Below, one piece after another: positions 1-10,157 of a stretch of 54,629 bases of DNA. Each line of letters starts with the position of its first letter. Position 1 is the stretch's first letter. The stretch lies in assembly GCA_044220955.1 (NCBI GenBank), contig JBGAQA010000042.1, positions 1 through 54,629 on the forward strand, given 5' to 3'. This DNA comes from Sandaracinaceae bacterium (GTDB taxonomy: Bacteria; Myxococcota_A; Polyangia; Polyangiales; Sandaracinaceae). A program made the position numbers and the translations under genes. The notes under the pieces are model-generated. The model had not been told where the DNA came from and did not search any database. It saw only the letters and a program-made list of their open reading frames with translations.

Positions 1-1838
1 TTGGGCTCGCTCGCGTCGACCCGAAGCGCGGGCGAGACCGCGCCGGTGCCGTCCGCGATCACGACGTACACGCCCGGCGACGGATACGTCTCCCAGCCGA
101 CCGCGAACGCGCGGCCGTCCCAGGCGATGCGCGGCAGGCGGTTCTCGCCGCCGCCGATGCCGGTGCTCACCGTGAAGGGGCCCGACGCGATGCGACCGTC
201 ACGATCGAGCAGCGTGAGCTGCACGCGGCCGTCCGCGCTCGCGGTCGCCAGGCCCGCCTGCACGCCGGCGGCGACGAGGTCCGGCGGCGAGTACGAGTCG
301 ATCGCCGAGAGGTCGTTGGGCGTCCCGAGCGCGCTGGCGGTCACGACCACCGACGCGAAGGGACCGCGGCGCAGGCCGCTGCCCGTCCCCCACGCGACGA
401 GGAACCTGCCGTCGACGAACGCCGCGGCGGGACCCTCCGAGTTCGAGTCGAGGCCGAAGCTCGTCGGCGCTCCGCTCGAGACCGACGCTCCCGTCACCTC
501 GTCGAAGATCGCGTACGCGAGCCGCTCCGCGATGCCGCCCGCGCGCGAGGCCCACGCGACCAGCACCCGTCCGTCGCCGTACGCGATGCGATGGTCGCTC
601 CCCTCTCCCGCGAGGTCGGCGGTCCACGTCGGCGCTCCGTGCGCGTCGAGGCGCGCGAGGTGGCCCTCCGCGTGCGCGGACTGCGTGTAGGTGGTGTACG
701 AGACGAGCGGGCCCGCGCTCGTCGCGCAGACGCCGCTCGGATAGCCCGTGACGCGAGTCGTGACGCGCGAGGCGGCGCCATCGCCCGCGACCGTGAACAG
801 ATCGAAGGGCGCGCCCTCGTCGCCCGCGTACGCGATCCAGCGCGAGGCGCCCTCGCTCGAGAGCGTCGTGCGATCGCCGTACGCCCACGGTCCGTGCTCG
901 CTCGCGTCGTGGCGGCCCACCACCTCGAGGCCGTAGGGACACGCGCTCGGCCCGCGACTCGCGGCAACGCTCGGGGCCGTGATGATCGCGACGCCGGGCC
1001 ACGCGGGCGCGCCGAGCAGACCGGCGGAGCGGCCGGAAGAGGGCGACCGTGGTCCGGTCCCCCGCGCGCGGGTCCACGGGCTCGCGCCCAGCTCGGTCCC
1101 GGCGGCGTCGACGAGCACCACCTGGACCTCGACCGAGGTGCCGGCCGGCAGCGCGATCGGGTCGGGGTCGCAGAGCATGTCGCCCGCGTAGAGCGAGTCG
1201 AGCCCGGCGGCGAGCTCGCTCACCACCGTGCCCATCGAGCGGACGCGCAGCTCGACCACGTCCGTCGGCAGCACGCCCGCCGGCAAGGACAGCTCCGTCG
1301 AGACCGCCGTGGCCGGCCCGCAGTCGCCGCCGCCGTGGGCGAAGTGCAGTCGCGCCGTCGTGATCGCCGGCGCGATCGCGCGCGTCGTCGCGACGCCGCT
1401 GCCCGTGTGGAAGGCCGAGACCGGGTACCACACGCCGCGCGCCGTGCCGTGCGCGCCGAGTCGCTCGAGATCGGACAGACGCGTCCCGCTCGCGTCGAAG
1501 GCGAAGACCTGCTCGAGCACGTAGTCCGCGTCCGCCGAGAGCCGCGCGCGGGGTCGCAGATCCAGCCGGGCGCCCACGACCTGCACGTCGAGCGGGACCA
1601 GCGCCCCGGCCGCGTCGCGCAGCCGGTACTCGGCGCCCACCGCGGCCCGGGTGCTCGCCGGGAAGCCGTCGAGCATCACGCGCACGACTGCGTCGATCGG
1701 GAAGTCGACGCTACGATCCGCGGGCACGATCCGCCGCTCGAGGTGCGGCTCCACGCACGAGCACGCCCGCGCGCGGCCGGGCGTTCCGGCCAAGAGGCCC
1801 ATCCACGTCGCGACCAGGAGCACTTCCATTCGCCGCAT
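1..1838 (-). CDS. Secreted hypothetical protein (signal peptide, beta-rich C-terminal region), 3' end runs off the window
   Basis: Own translation of the minus strand from ATG 1838: MRRMEVLLVATWMGLLAGTPGRARACSCVEPHL...FLVAW...FAVGWETYPSPG...LRVDASEP, open to position 1; absent from the ORF track because it has no stop in the window. Confidence 0.75.
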   Translation of the reverse strand, partial: MRRMEVLLVATWMGLLAGTPGRARACSCVEPHLERRIVPADRSVDFPIDAVVRVMLDGFPASTRAAVGAEYRLRDAAGALVPLDVQVVGARLDLRPRARLSADADYVLEQVFAFDASGTRLSDLERLGAHGTARGVWYPVSAFHTGSGVATTRAIAPAITTARLHFAHGGGDCGPATAVSTELSLPAGVLPTDVVELRVRSMGTVVSELAAGLDSLYAGDMLCDPDPIALPAGTSVEVQVVLVDAAGTELGASPWTRARGTGPRSPSSGRSAGLLGAPAWPGVAIITAPSVAASRGPSACPYGLEVVGRHDASEHGPWAYGDRTTLSSEGASRWIAYAGDEGAPFDLFTVAGDGAASRVTTRVTGYPSGVCATSAGPLVSYTTYTQSAHAEGHLARLDAHGAPTWTADLAGEGSDHRIAYGDGRVLVAWASRAGGIAERLAYAIFDEVTGASVSSGAPTSFGLDSNSEGPAAAFVDGRFLVAWGTGSGLRRGPFASVVVTASALGTPNDLSAIDSYSPPDLVAAGVQAGLATASADGRVQLTLLDRDGRIASGPFTVSTGIGGGENRLPRIAWDGRAFAVGWETYPSPGVYVVIADGTGAVSPALRVDASEP

Positions 1839-1896
1839 GACCCCTTAGATACTGACTCGACGCGCGGGTTCCTTCCCTGAGATAAATGGCGGCGAA

Positions 1897-3522
1897 ATGG
1901 CCAAGACCCCGATCGAGCAGATCGCCGCCCTCCTGGGCTCCGAGGCGCCCGAGAAGCAGATCGCGGCCGCGATCGTGCTCGGCGAGCTCGGCGCCAAGAC
2001 GCCCGAGGTGGTCAAGGGGCTGATCTCGCTGCTCGAGACCGAGAGCCCGCCCCTGCAGCGGCCTGCGCTGACGGCCCTGGTCAAGATCGGCAGCGCGCGC
2101 GTGTCCGCCTCCATCTTCCCGCTCCTGGCGAGCAAGGACGCCGACGTACGTGCGCTCGCGATCGACGCGCTCGTCGCCTGTGGGGACGACGTCGTCCCGA
2201 AGGTGAAGGAGCGGATGGCCGTTGCCGAGGGCGTCGAGCGCAAGGCGCTCGACGGCATCCTCGCGCGCTTCGGCGACCGCAAGGACGCCGTGACGGCGCT
2301 GCTCGCCGGGCTCGAGAGCACGGAGTCGGACGTCGCGCGCAACGTGGCCTTCGAGGTGCGCCCGCGCGTGAAGGACGCCGACGGCAAGATGCGGCGGCTC
2401 TGGCTGAACGAGGTGCTCCGCATCCTCGAGAAGATGCGCAAGAGCCCGCCACCGTCGCCGATCCCGATGGCCACCGCGGTGAAGATCCTGGGCTACCTCG
2501 AGGATCCGAAGGGCACGGACCCTCTGCTCGAGCTCGCGCGGGACGCCCGCGCGCCCTTCGCGGTCCGCCAGGAGGCGTTGATCGCGCTCCGCTTCGCGCT
2601 CGCCGACGAGGATCGCGCGGGCGAGATCGTCGACACGATGGTGGCCGCGGCCGAGAGCGACGACCGCATGCTCGCGCAGGCCGCCCTGATGGGCCTCGTC
2701 GCGGTGGAGCTGCCGGCCAAGCACGCGGGGCGCATCGTGCGGCTCGCCGCGCATCCCGACCCCGAGCGGGCGCGCATCGCGATCGAGAAGCTCTCGCGGC
2801 AGCCCGGCGAGGCGGTGACGAAGGCGTTGGTCGACGTCGTCTCCAAGGCGGACCGGCGGCGCGCCGAGATGGCCATGAAGGCGCTCGAGCCGCGCGAGGG
2901 CGCGGGCGTCTTGCTCGCGCAGGCCATGATCGAGGCGACGGACGCGGACCGCGCGAACATCCTGCGCCAGGCGCTCAAGCCCTTCGCGCGCGCGCTGCCG
3001 CCGCCGACCCGGAAGAAGCTCGTCCTCGCCGCGCTCGAGCGGATGGGCGAGGGCGAGGGCTGGCAGGCGCACGCGGACGTCGCGCGCGAGGCGGACGGGA
3101 AGGCGCTCGCCGAGGGGCTGCGCGAGCTCGCGCAGAAGCTCGGTCGCAGCAAGAAGGACGGCCCGCTCAAGAGCGTGCTCACGCTGCTGGCCCGGAGCGA
3201 GCACGGCACGTCCGACGATCGCTATCGGCTGGCGAGCATCCTGCTCAAGGACGGTCACAAGGACACGCGGCCCGCGGCGCGCGCGTCGGACGAGGCGCTC
3301 GCGCTGCTCGAGGGCCTCTCGGGATCGTCGTTCGACGTGGCGGCGGCGCTGCGCAAGGACCGCTCGCTCGAGCTCGACGACCTCTACTACGTCGGCTTCC
3401 ACTTCGCCGAGGAGAACCACCCGCTCGGTCAGGAGCTGCTCGCCGAGGTGGTCAAGAAGGCGGGCCGTACCAAGATCGGCAAGATGGCCAAGAACAAGCT
3501 CGGCATCAGCGCCGAAGCCTAG
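1897..3522 (+). CDS. HEAT/armadillo repeat protein
   Basis: Repeated helical units (AAAIVLGELG, VRALAIDAL, VRQEALIAL); typical codon bias. Confidence 0.75.
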   Translation: MAKTPIEQIAALLGSEAPEKQIAAAIVLGELGAKTPEVVKGLISLLETESPPLQRPALTALVKIGSARVSASIFPLLASKDADVRALAIDALVACGDDVVPKVKERMAVAEGVERKALDGILARFGDRKDAVTALLAGLESTESDVARNVAFEVRPRVKDADGKMRRLWLNEVLRILEKMRKSPPPSPIPMATAVKILGYLEDPKGTDPLLELARDARAPFAVRQEALIALRFALADEDRAGEIVDTMVAAAESDDRMLAQAALMGLVAVELPAKHAGRIVRLAAHPDPERARIAIEKLSRQPGEAVTKALVDVVSKADRRRAEMAMKALEPREGAGVLLAQAMIEATDADRANILRQALKPFARALPPPTRKKLVLAALERMGEGEGWQAHADVAREADGKALAEGLRELAQKLGRSKKDGPLKSVLTLLARSEHGTSDDRYRLASILLKDGHKDTRPAARASDEALALLEGLSGSSFDVAAALRKDRSLELDDLYYVGFHFAEENHPLGQELLAEVVKKAGRTKIGKMAKNKLGISAEA

Positions 3523-3532
3523 GAGACGGTCC

Positions 3533-5227
3533 ATGCGTGTACGCATCCTCGCGGCCCTCGCGCTCGCGTCGCTCGGTGGATGCAGCGGTGCCGCCGTCGC
3601 GCCCGACGCCGCCACCGACGACGCTGCGCTGGACGACGCCGCGCGCGAAGACGCCCCGAGCGACGACGCGGACCTGCCGCGCGACGCGTGGCGCAGGCCG
3701 CGCGACATGGGCACCGACGCGCCCAACGGGCGCACCGCGATCTGCGATCCGAGCGCCGCGCCGCCGGGCCCCTATCCCGCCGCGGACGCGTTTCCCGCAC
3801 CGCACGGCCCCGGGCTCGGTCATCCCGACACGAGCGCCCACCCCGTCGGCACCAACTGCGCGTTCCTCGACGGTGGTCCCACGGACACCGCGGACCACCA
3901 CAACATCGGCGTCATGTACGACGGATACCTCCTGCTCCCGTGGGCGCCGGAGTGGGGCGCGGGGGGCCTCAGCTTCTTCGACGTCAGCGATCCCTGCGCG
4001 CCGAGCCTCGTGGGCACCGGCCTCTCGGCGACGATGCGCGAGACGCACGCGATCGGCTTCTCGCACTTCCGCGGCCGGTTCGCGGTGGTCGATCAGATGA
4101 CGGCGCCCTTCCGGGGTGGCGGGATCCAGTTCTGGGACGTCGCCGACCCGACGGCGCCGCGCGCGATCGCCGACCTCGAGCTGCCGCACTTCGGCTACCC
4201 GGATGCCTACGCGCGCCCGACGCTGAGCGCGTTCTGGCAGGTGCCCTACGTGTTCGTGGGCGCGGCCGACACGGGCGTGCACGTCGTCGATGCTTCCGAT
4301 CCCGCGCACCCGGCGCTCGTCACCACGATCGCCATCGATCCGGTCCTGCGCGTCGGGCAGGTGCAGGCGATCGGCAACCTGCTCGTGATCACGGCCGCAG
4401 AGGGCCCTCGCACGGCGCTCTTCGACATCTCGGACCCCGAGCGCCCGCAGCCCGTGCCGGGCGGCGACTTCGACGCGGTCGACGCGGCGGGCGAGGCCCG
4501 CGACGCCTACTTCAGCTCGGCGACCGGCGGATACGTCTTCTACGCACGCAAGGAGGGCGGCGGCGGTCTCATCGTGATGGACATCCACGACCCGACGCGC
4601 CCGGCATACGCCGCCGACCGCGTGAGCGACGGCAACGGGGGCTACGTGTTCGTCCACGAGGGCTTCGCGTTCGTCGGTGAGTCGAACCTCGCGCGCGTCT
4701 ACGACGTGAGCGATCTCTTCGACGCCGACCCCGAGCGCGTGATCCCGGCGCCGGTGCTGGAGCTGGACCTCGAGGGCGACCTCGACATGGCCGTGCCCGT
4801 CGGCGGGATGACGCTGCTCTCGGTGGACGAGCACGCCATGCCCGATCAGGGCAGCGCGCTCGTGCCGTGGTCGGCGGCGGCCGACACGACCCCGCCGGTC
4901 GAGACGTGGGTGTGGCCGGCGCCGGTGGGCTCGCCGCTCGAGGCGCCGCTGCCCGTGACGTCGCGCTTCGGCGTCACCTTCTCCGAGATGATCCAGGTCG
5001 AGAGCGCGTGGGACGGATCGGTCCGCCTCTACCGCGCGGATGCCGCGAGCCCCGACGCCGGACGCGTGGCCGGGATCGTCAGCGCGCAGGAGGGGATCGT
5101 GTCGTTCGTGCCGATCTGCCCGCTCGAGGCGGGCGTCGAGTACGTGCTCGAGCTGCCGGCGGGCGGCCTCCGCGACGCGAGCGGCAACGCGCTCGTCGCG
5201 ACGATCACGCACCGGTTCCGCACGTGA
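3533..5227 (+). CDS. Lipoprotein with LVIVD-type beta-propeller repeats and C-terminal Ig-like (Big_5/SbsA-type) domain
   Basis: Lipobox LGGC; repeats FFDVSDP, FWDVADP, VVDASDP, LFDISDP, VMDIHDP; C-terminal VTFSE...PLEAGVEY...GGLRDASGNAL. Confidence 0.75.
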   Translation: MRVRILAALALASLGGCSGAAVAPDAATDDAALDDAAREDAPSDDADLPRDAWRRPRDMGTDAPNGRTAICDPSAAPPGPYPAADAFPAPHGPGLGHPDTSAHPVGTNCAFLDGGPTDTADHHNIGVMYDGYLLLPWAPEWGAGGLSFFDVSDPCAPSLVGTGLSATMRETHAIGFSHFRGRFAVVDQMTAPFRGGGIQFWDVADPTAPRAIADLELPHFGYPDAYARPTLSAFWQVPYVFVGAADTGVHVVDASDPAHPALVTTIAIDPVLRVGQVQAIGNLLVITAAEGPRTALFDISDPERPQPVPGGDFDAVDAAGEARDAYFSSATGGYVFYARKEGGGGLIVMDIHDPTRPAYAADRVSDGNGGYVFVHEGFAFVGESNLARVYDVSDLFDADPERVIPAPVLELDLEGDLDMAVPVGGMTLLSVDEHAMPDQGSALVPWSAAADTTPPVETWVWPAPVGSPLEAPLPVTSRFGVTFSEMIQVESAWDGSVRLYRADAASPDAGRVAGIVSAQEGIVSFVPICPLEAGVEYVLELPAGGLRDASGNALVATITHRFRT

Positions 5228-7470
5228 GCACCGGCGTCCGGACGCTCGCGCTGGTGCTCGCGGCGAGCGCGTGCGGCACCCCCGCGACGCCGGGGACGGA
5301 TGCAGGGCTCGATGCCGGAGCGCCCGACGCGCCGCGGCCGGATGCGTTCGTTCCGTCGCCGGACGACGCCGGGACGGACGCGGCGGAGCTGCTCGCGGCC
5401 ATCGCCGAGGACGTCGTCGGCTACGTCGGCGAGGACGTGGTGCTCGACGCGTCGGCGTCGACGGGCGCGGCCACGTACGAGTGGTGGCCCGGGGACGGCC
5501 GCCGCCTCCCACGCGGCGCAGATCCGGTCGCGCACGTCACGTTCACGGATCCGGGTCACTACAGCGCGTCGCTCCTCGTGTACGACGGGGCGTCGATGCG
5601 CCGCACGGCGTCGGTGCTGGTGACGATCGTGCGGCGCCCGGTCTTCGTGCCCCGCGCCTCGTCCAGCGTCGCGGCGCTCGGGACGACGCTCGCGATCGTG
5701 AGCCCGGACTCCGACGAGCTCACGACGTACGAGGTCGGCGCCGACGGAACGCTCGTCACGCCGCACCGTGTCACCGTGTGCGATCGCCCGCGCACGGTGA
5801 CCGCGGTCTCGGCCGATCGCTTCGCCGTGGCCTGCCAGGAGGATGCCCGGCTCGCGATCGTCCCGCGCGCCGGCGGCGCGCCCACGTTCGTCACGCTGCC
5901 CCGCGCGTCGCGCCCGTACGGCGTGATCGCGCTCGACGCCGACCGCGTCGTCGTGTCCCTCGAGGCCACGGGCGAGCTCGCCCTGGTCTCGACGGCGAGC
6001 GCGACCCTCGTGCGCACCCTCGCCGCGATCGCGGACGCGCGTGCGCTCGCGCTCCTTCCGGACGGTCGCGTCGTCGTCAGCCGCCTCCGATCACCGGACT
6101 CGGGCGGCGAGCTCGCGGTGATCGACGTCGCGACGGGAGCGCGCACGCCGATCACGCTCGCGGTCGATCCGCAGATCGCGTCCGACACCGAGATCGGCGG
6201 GGTGCCGACCTACCTCGCGTCGATCGCCGTCTCGCCCGACGGGACGCGGATCGCGGTCGCGGGCATGCAGGTGTCGCTGCAGGAGGGTGGCTTCCGTTCT
6301 GGACGGCCGCTCCGCTTCGACACGGCGCTGCGCGCGATGGTCGCGAGCATCGACACGGCCACGCTCACCGAGGACTTCGCGCGGCGCCGGCAGCTCGACA
6401 ACCGCGGCTTCGCGAGCGCCGCCGCGTTCTCGCCGCTCGGGGACTTCCTCTACGTCGCCACGCGCGGCAACCGCACCGTCGAGCGCATCGACGTCCTGCG
6501 GGACGTCGCCAGCGGGTCGGTTCAGGACGTCGGGCTCGCGCTCGAGGGACTCGCGCTCGTCGGCGGCACGCGCTTCGCCGTGGACGCCTTCCGCTCGCGC
6601 GAGGTCGTGCTCGTCGAGGACGCCCCGCACACCGGGCTCGCGACCGGCGCGCGCGCCGCGATCACCGCCCGCGAGCCGCTCGCTGCCGACGTGGCGCGCG
6701 GCGGCGTGCTCTTCGACGACAGCGCGGACACCCGCATCGCCGCCGACGGCTACATGGCGTGCGCGCACTGCCACCTCGAAGGTCACGACGATCACCGCGT
6801 CTGGGACTTCAGCGATCGCGGCGAGGGCCTGCGCAACACGATCGAGCTCGTCGGCCGCGCGGGCGCCGCGCCGATCCACTGGAGCGCGAACTTCGACGAG
6901 GTGCAGGACTTCGAGAGCGACGTCCGCAACGCGTTCGGCGGCCGCGGCCTGCTCGCGGACGCCGACTGGGCCACGCACATGACGACGCTGGGTCCCTCGC
7001 GCGCGGGGCTCTCCGCCGACCTCGACGCGCTCGCCGCGTACGTGCGCTCGCTCTCCACGTTCCCCCCGAGCCCGCACCGGGCGGCCGACGGATCGCTGCC
7101 GCCCGCCGCCGTGCGCGGCCGGGCGATCTTCGAGCGTGCGGATGTCGGGTGCACGACGTGCCACGCGGGGGCGGATCTCACCGACAGCGCGTTCGTCTCG
7201 CCCGGCGTCCCGCGGCTCCACGACGTGGGCACGCTCGGCGCCGGCTCGGGGCATCGTCTCGGTGCCGCGCTCACCGGCCTCGACACCCCGACGCTCCACG
7301 GCGTCTGGGGCACGGCGCCCTATCTGCACGACGGAAGCGCGGCGACTCTCCGCGAGGTCCTGGTCGAGCGAAACGCCGGCGACCGGCACGGTGCGACGAG
7401 CCTGCTGAGCGCGAGCGCGATCGACGACCTCGTCGCCTACCTGCTCTGCCTCGACGGCCGCACCGACTGA
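5224..7470 (+). CDS. Lipoprotein: PKD domain + YVTN-like beta-propeller + di-heme cytochrome c (peroxidase/MauG superfamily-like) domain
   Basis: GTG 5224 overlaps the upstream stop (GTGA); lipobox ASAC; PKD-like LDASAS..YEWWPGDG; two CxxCH motifs (CAHCH 6760-6774, CTTCH 7150-7164); TPTLHGVWGTAPYLHDGS. Confidence 0.8.
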   Translation: MSTGVRTLALVLAASACGTPATPGTDAGLDAGAPDAPRPDAFVPSPDDAGTDAAELLAAIAEDVVGYVGEDVVLDASASTGAATYEWWPGDGRRLPRGADPVAHVTFTDPGHYSASLLVYDGASMRRTASVLVTIVRRPVFVPRASSSVAALGTTLAIVSPDSDELTTYEVGADGTLVTPHRVTVCDRPRTVTAVSADRFAVACQEDARLAIVPRAGGAPTFVTLPRASRPYGVIALDADRVVVSLEATGELALVSTASATLVRTLAAIADARALALLPDGRVVVSRLRSPDSGGELAVIDVATGARTPITLAVDPQIASDTEIGGVPTYLASIAVSPDGTRIAVAGMQVSLQEGGFRSGRPLRFDTALRAMVASIDTATLTEDFARRRQLDNRGFASAAAFSPLGDFLYVATRGNRTVERIDVLRDVASGSVQDVGLALEGLALVGGTRFAVDAFRSREVVLVEDAPHTGLATGARAAITAREPLAADVARGGVLFDDSADTRIAADGYMACAHCHLEGHDDHRVWDFSDRGEGLRNTIELVGRAGAAPIHWSANFDEVQDFESDVRNAFGGRGLLADADWATHMTTLGPSRAGLSADLDALAAYVRSLSTFPPSPHRAADGSLPPAAVRGRAIFERADVGCTTCHAGADLTDSAFVSPGVPRLHDVGTLGAGSGHRLGAALTGLDTPTLHGVWGTAPYLHDGSAATLREVLVERNAGDRHGATSLLSASAIDDLVAYLLCLDGRTD

Positions 7471-7482
7471 CCGGAACCCCGC

Positions 7483-7650
7483 GGGGTCACTCCACACCCA
7501 CTCAACCCAGCGAAATCGTGACGCTCTGGCGGCAAGGTGCGCGATCCGTCCTCGTGGCGTGGCGAGCGCGCCCGCCCGGCCGGCGTCCTCCGGCGTCCGA
7601 TCTTACGCACGCGAAACACAGGCCGCGTCGGTTGCGCTAGATCATCCCCC
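7483..7650. repeat. Copy 1 (right arm degenerate) of the GGGGTCACTCCA-ended intergenic element
   Basis: GGGGTCACTCCACACC..CAACCCAGCGAAATCGT...GCGGCAAGGTGCGCGAT closely matches the left arm at 22078. Confidence 0.7.
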
Positions 7651-7672
7651 CGAGCCCCGGGGCAGCAGACGC

Positions 7673-8977
7673 ATGTCCTCGCCTACGCGCGCCGGTGATC
7701 AGATCGAGGGACGCTACGAGCTGCTCCAGTCGCTCGGGATGGGCGCGCAGGCGACCGTCTGGCGCGCTCGCGATCTGCACCTCGAGCGAGAGGTCGCGAT
7801 CAAGATCCTCAAGGGCGGGGCCCGGAGCACCATCACCGATCCCGCGCGCTTCCGCCGCGAGGCTGCGATGCTCGCCCGCCTGCGCAGCGCGCACCTCGCC
7901 ACGGTGTTCGCGTTCGGCTTCCACGAGGGGGCGCCCTACTTCGCGATGGAGCTGATCGAGGGCCGCGGCCTCTTCGACCTCTGGCAGTCGCACGCGCGAG
8001 AGGGCATCCCCATGCCGCTCGCGAGGACGATCGAGATCGTGGCGACGGCGGCGCGCGCTCTCTCGGTCGCACACGCGCAAGGGATCGTCCACCGCGACGT
8101 GAAGCCGGAGAACATCCTCGTCGAGAGCGACACGGGGCGCGTCGTGCTCGTCGACTTCGGCGTCGCCCGCGGCCAGACCGAGGCGAGCGATGGCCGGATC
8201 TACGGCACGATCGAGTACCTCTCACCCGAGGTGCTCCTCGGCGAGGACGCGAGCCCATGGAGCGACCAGTACGCGCTCGCGGTGGTCGCCTACGAGCTGC
8301 TCGCGGGCGCGCTGCCGTATGCGCCCGGGGGCACCTGGCGCGAGGCAAGGCAGCGACCGCTGGAGCTGCCCCCGCCCTCACGGCTCCGCTCGGAGCTCGC
8401 GCCCATCGACTCGGTGATCCTCCACGCCCTCTCGCCTGCACCCACGGCTCGGTACGCCACCTGCCTCGCCTTCGGGGGTGCGCTCGCGGAAGCGGCCGCG
8501 TCGACGCGCGCGAGCAGCGTCCCGCCGGAGGGAGAGGCCGTCGTGATCGGCCGCGCTCCGGGCGCGCTCCGCGTGCTGGTCGTGGACGACGATCCGCTCT
8601 TCGTGAAGCTCGTGACGCGCTGCTTGCAAGTCGCTCTGGTCGGCATCCCGCTCGCCGTGTCGAGGACGACCGATCCCCTCGCCGCCGTCGAGAAGTGCCG
8701 GAGACGGATGCCGGACCTGGTGGTGCTCGACTACTCGATGCCGGGGATGGACGGCGTGGAGCTTCTCGGCGCGCTCCGGACGCTGCCGGACGCGGATCGG
8801 CTCCGCGCAATCGTCGTGAGCGCGACGACGGACGAGCGTGCGCGAGGCCGCTTCGCGATGCTCGGCGTGCGGGCGTTCGCGAACAAGCCGATCGAGTTCG
8901 GTCCGCTCGTGCAGCTGCTGCACAGCGTCGCGCGGCAGAACGGCTGGATGGGGCGGGCGGACGACGCGCCACCTTGA
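7673..8977 (+). CDS. Ser/Thr protein kinase with C-terminal receiver (REC) domain
   Basis: LGMGAQATV, VAIK, HRDVKPEN, DFG, GTIEYLSPE; C-terminal VLVVDDD...DLVVLDYSMPGMDG...KP. Confidence 0.9.
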   Translation: MSSPTRAGDQIEGRYELLQSLGMGAQATVWRARDLHLEREVAIKILKGGARSTITDPARFRREAAMLARLRSAHLATVFAFGFHEGAPYFAMELIEGRGLFDLWQSHAREGIPMPLARTIEIVATAARALSVAHAQGIVHRDVKPENILVESDTGRVVLVDFGVARGQTEASDGRIYGTIEYLSPEVLLGEDASPWSDQYALAVVAYELLAGALPYAPGGTWREARQRPLELPPPSRLRSELAPIDSVILHALSPAPTARYATCLAFGGALAEAAASTRASSVPPEGEAVVIGRAPGALRVLVVDDDPLFVKLVTRCLQVALVGIPLAVSRTTDPLAAVEKCRRRMPDLVVLDYSMPGMDGVELLGALRTLPDADRLRAIVVSATTDERARGRFAMLGVRAFANKPIEFGPLVQLLHSVARQNGWMGRADDAPP

Positions 8978-9070
8978 AGGGCGGTCGCGCGCCCGTCCCG
9001 CCGCCCGCATCCCCGGAAGGACCCCACGAGCCGCCTCACGCTCCGAGCTCGAGCCGCCCGCGCGACGCGG

Positions 9071-10126
9071 TCAACGACAGGCCCCGAGGATCCGCACCGT
9101 CGCGCCGTCCCGCATGGCGAGCGCGCACGCTTCGCCGTAGAGGTCGAACGTTCCGCTCGCGCCGAGCGTCCAGCCCTCGGTCCGGCTCTCGTCTCGCTCG
9201 ATCCGGGTCTCACCGACCACGAGCACCGCTGCCTCGCCGTCCACGCGGCCGTCGGGGAAGAAGGAGCAGCGCGACACCCTCGTCGCGATGTCGCCGAACG
9301 CCGCACGCAGATCGTCGGGGTTGCGCACGTCGTAGTAGGGCTCGCTCGCGTCCGTCCGGCGGCGCCCGCCGGCCCTCGCCATCGCGCGGAGCGCCTCGAC
9401 CAGGTAGCTCTCGCTCACGTCCATCGCGATCACGTACGTCGGGACACCCATCGCGAGCGCCTGGCCGATCGCGGCCTCCGTGCGAGGGGTGTCGAGACAC
9501 GCGTGTGGGTCGACGCCGCTCTCCGCGCAGGTCTCCGGCGCCTGGCCGAACCAGGGCTCCGCGCGGTCGGCGGGGTCGCAGTTCGGGCCCCCGTCGGTCG
9601 CGAGCACGATCGACTGCGGCACGCCCGAGCGCGCTCGCGCGGCGAGGGCACGCGCCGCCAGCTGGATCGCCTCCGTCGTCGGCGTCCCGCCCGAGGGACC
9701 GTGCGACTCGAGCGCCCCGAGGATCGCCGCCCCGCCGCCGATCCCGATCCCCACGTCGAGCGACGCGCCCACGTCGCATACCGTGCCCGCGCTGAGGGTC
9801 GCGTCGGGCGTCGGGAAGATGGCGGCGCCGAACGCGACGCTCGCGTCGAACGCGGGAAGCGCCAGCCCGAGCGCGAAGTGAAGCGCGTCCCAGCGTGTCG
9901 TCGCCGAGCTCGCGAGCGCGCGCGTCATCGAGCCCGAGCGATCGAGCACCAGGAGAACCTCGGCGTGCGCCGGCAGCAGGGAGACGTCGGGCGCGCAGAT
10001 CGGGCCCGCGTCGCTGCGCGCGCCCGTGTCGGCAGGGTCGTGGGCCGGGACCTCGAGGCCGGTGCGCGCGCCGCAGCCGAGGGCGAGTGCGCCTGCGAGC
10101 ATCGCGCCGGCGAGGATGCGGAACAC
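9071..10126 (-). CDS. VWA-domain lipoprotein
   Basis: Lipobox LGC; MIDAS DRSGSM, GGTPT, LATDG. Confidence 0.85.
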   Translation of the reverse strand: MFRILAGAMLAGALALGCGARTGLEVPAHDPADTGARSDAGPICAPDVSLLPAHAEVLLVLDRSGSMTRALASSATTRWDALHFALGLALPAFDASVAFGAAIFPTPDATLSAGTVCDVGASLDVGIGIGGGAAILGALESHGPSGGTPTTEAIQLAARALAARARSGVPQSIVLATDGGPNCDPADRAEPWFGQAPETCAESGVDPHACLDTPRTEAAIGQALAMGVPTYVIAMDVSESYLVEALRAMARAGGRRRTDASEPYYDVRNPDDLRAAFGDIATRVSRCSFFPDGRVDGEAAVLVVGETRIERDESRTEGWTLGASGTFDLYGEACALAMRDGATVRILGACR

Positions 10127-10157
10127 CGGCGCAGCTTCGGGGAAAGCCGACCGCCGA

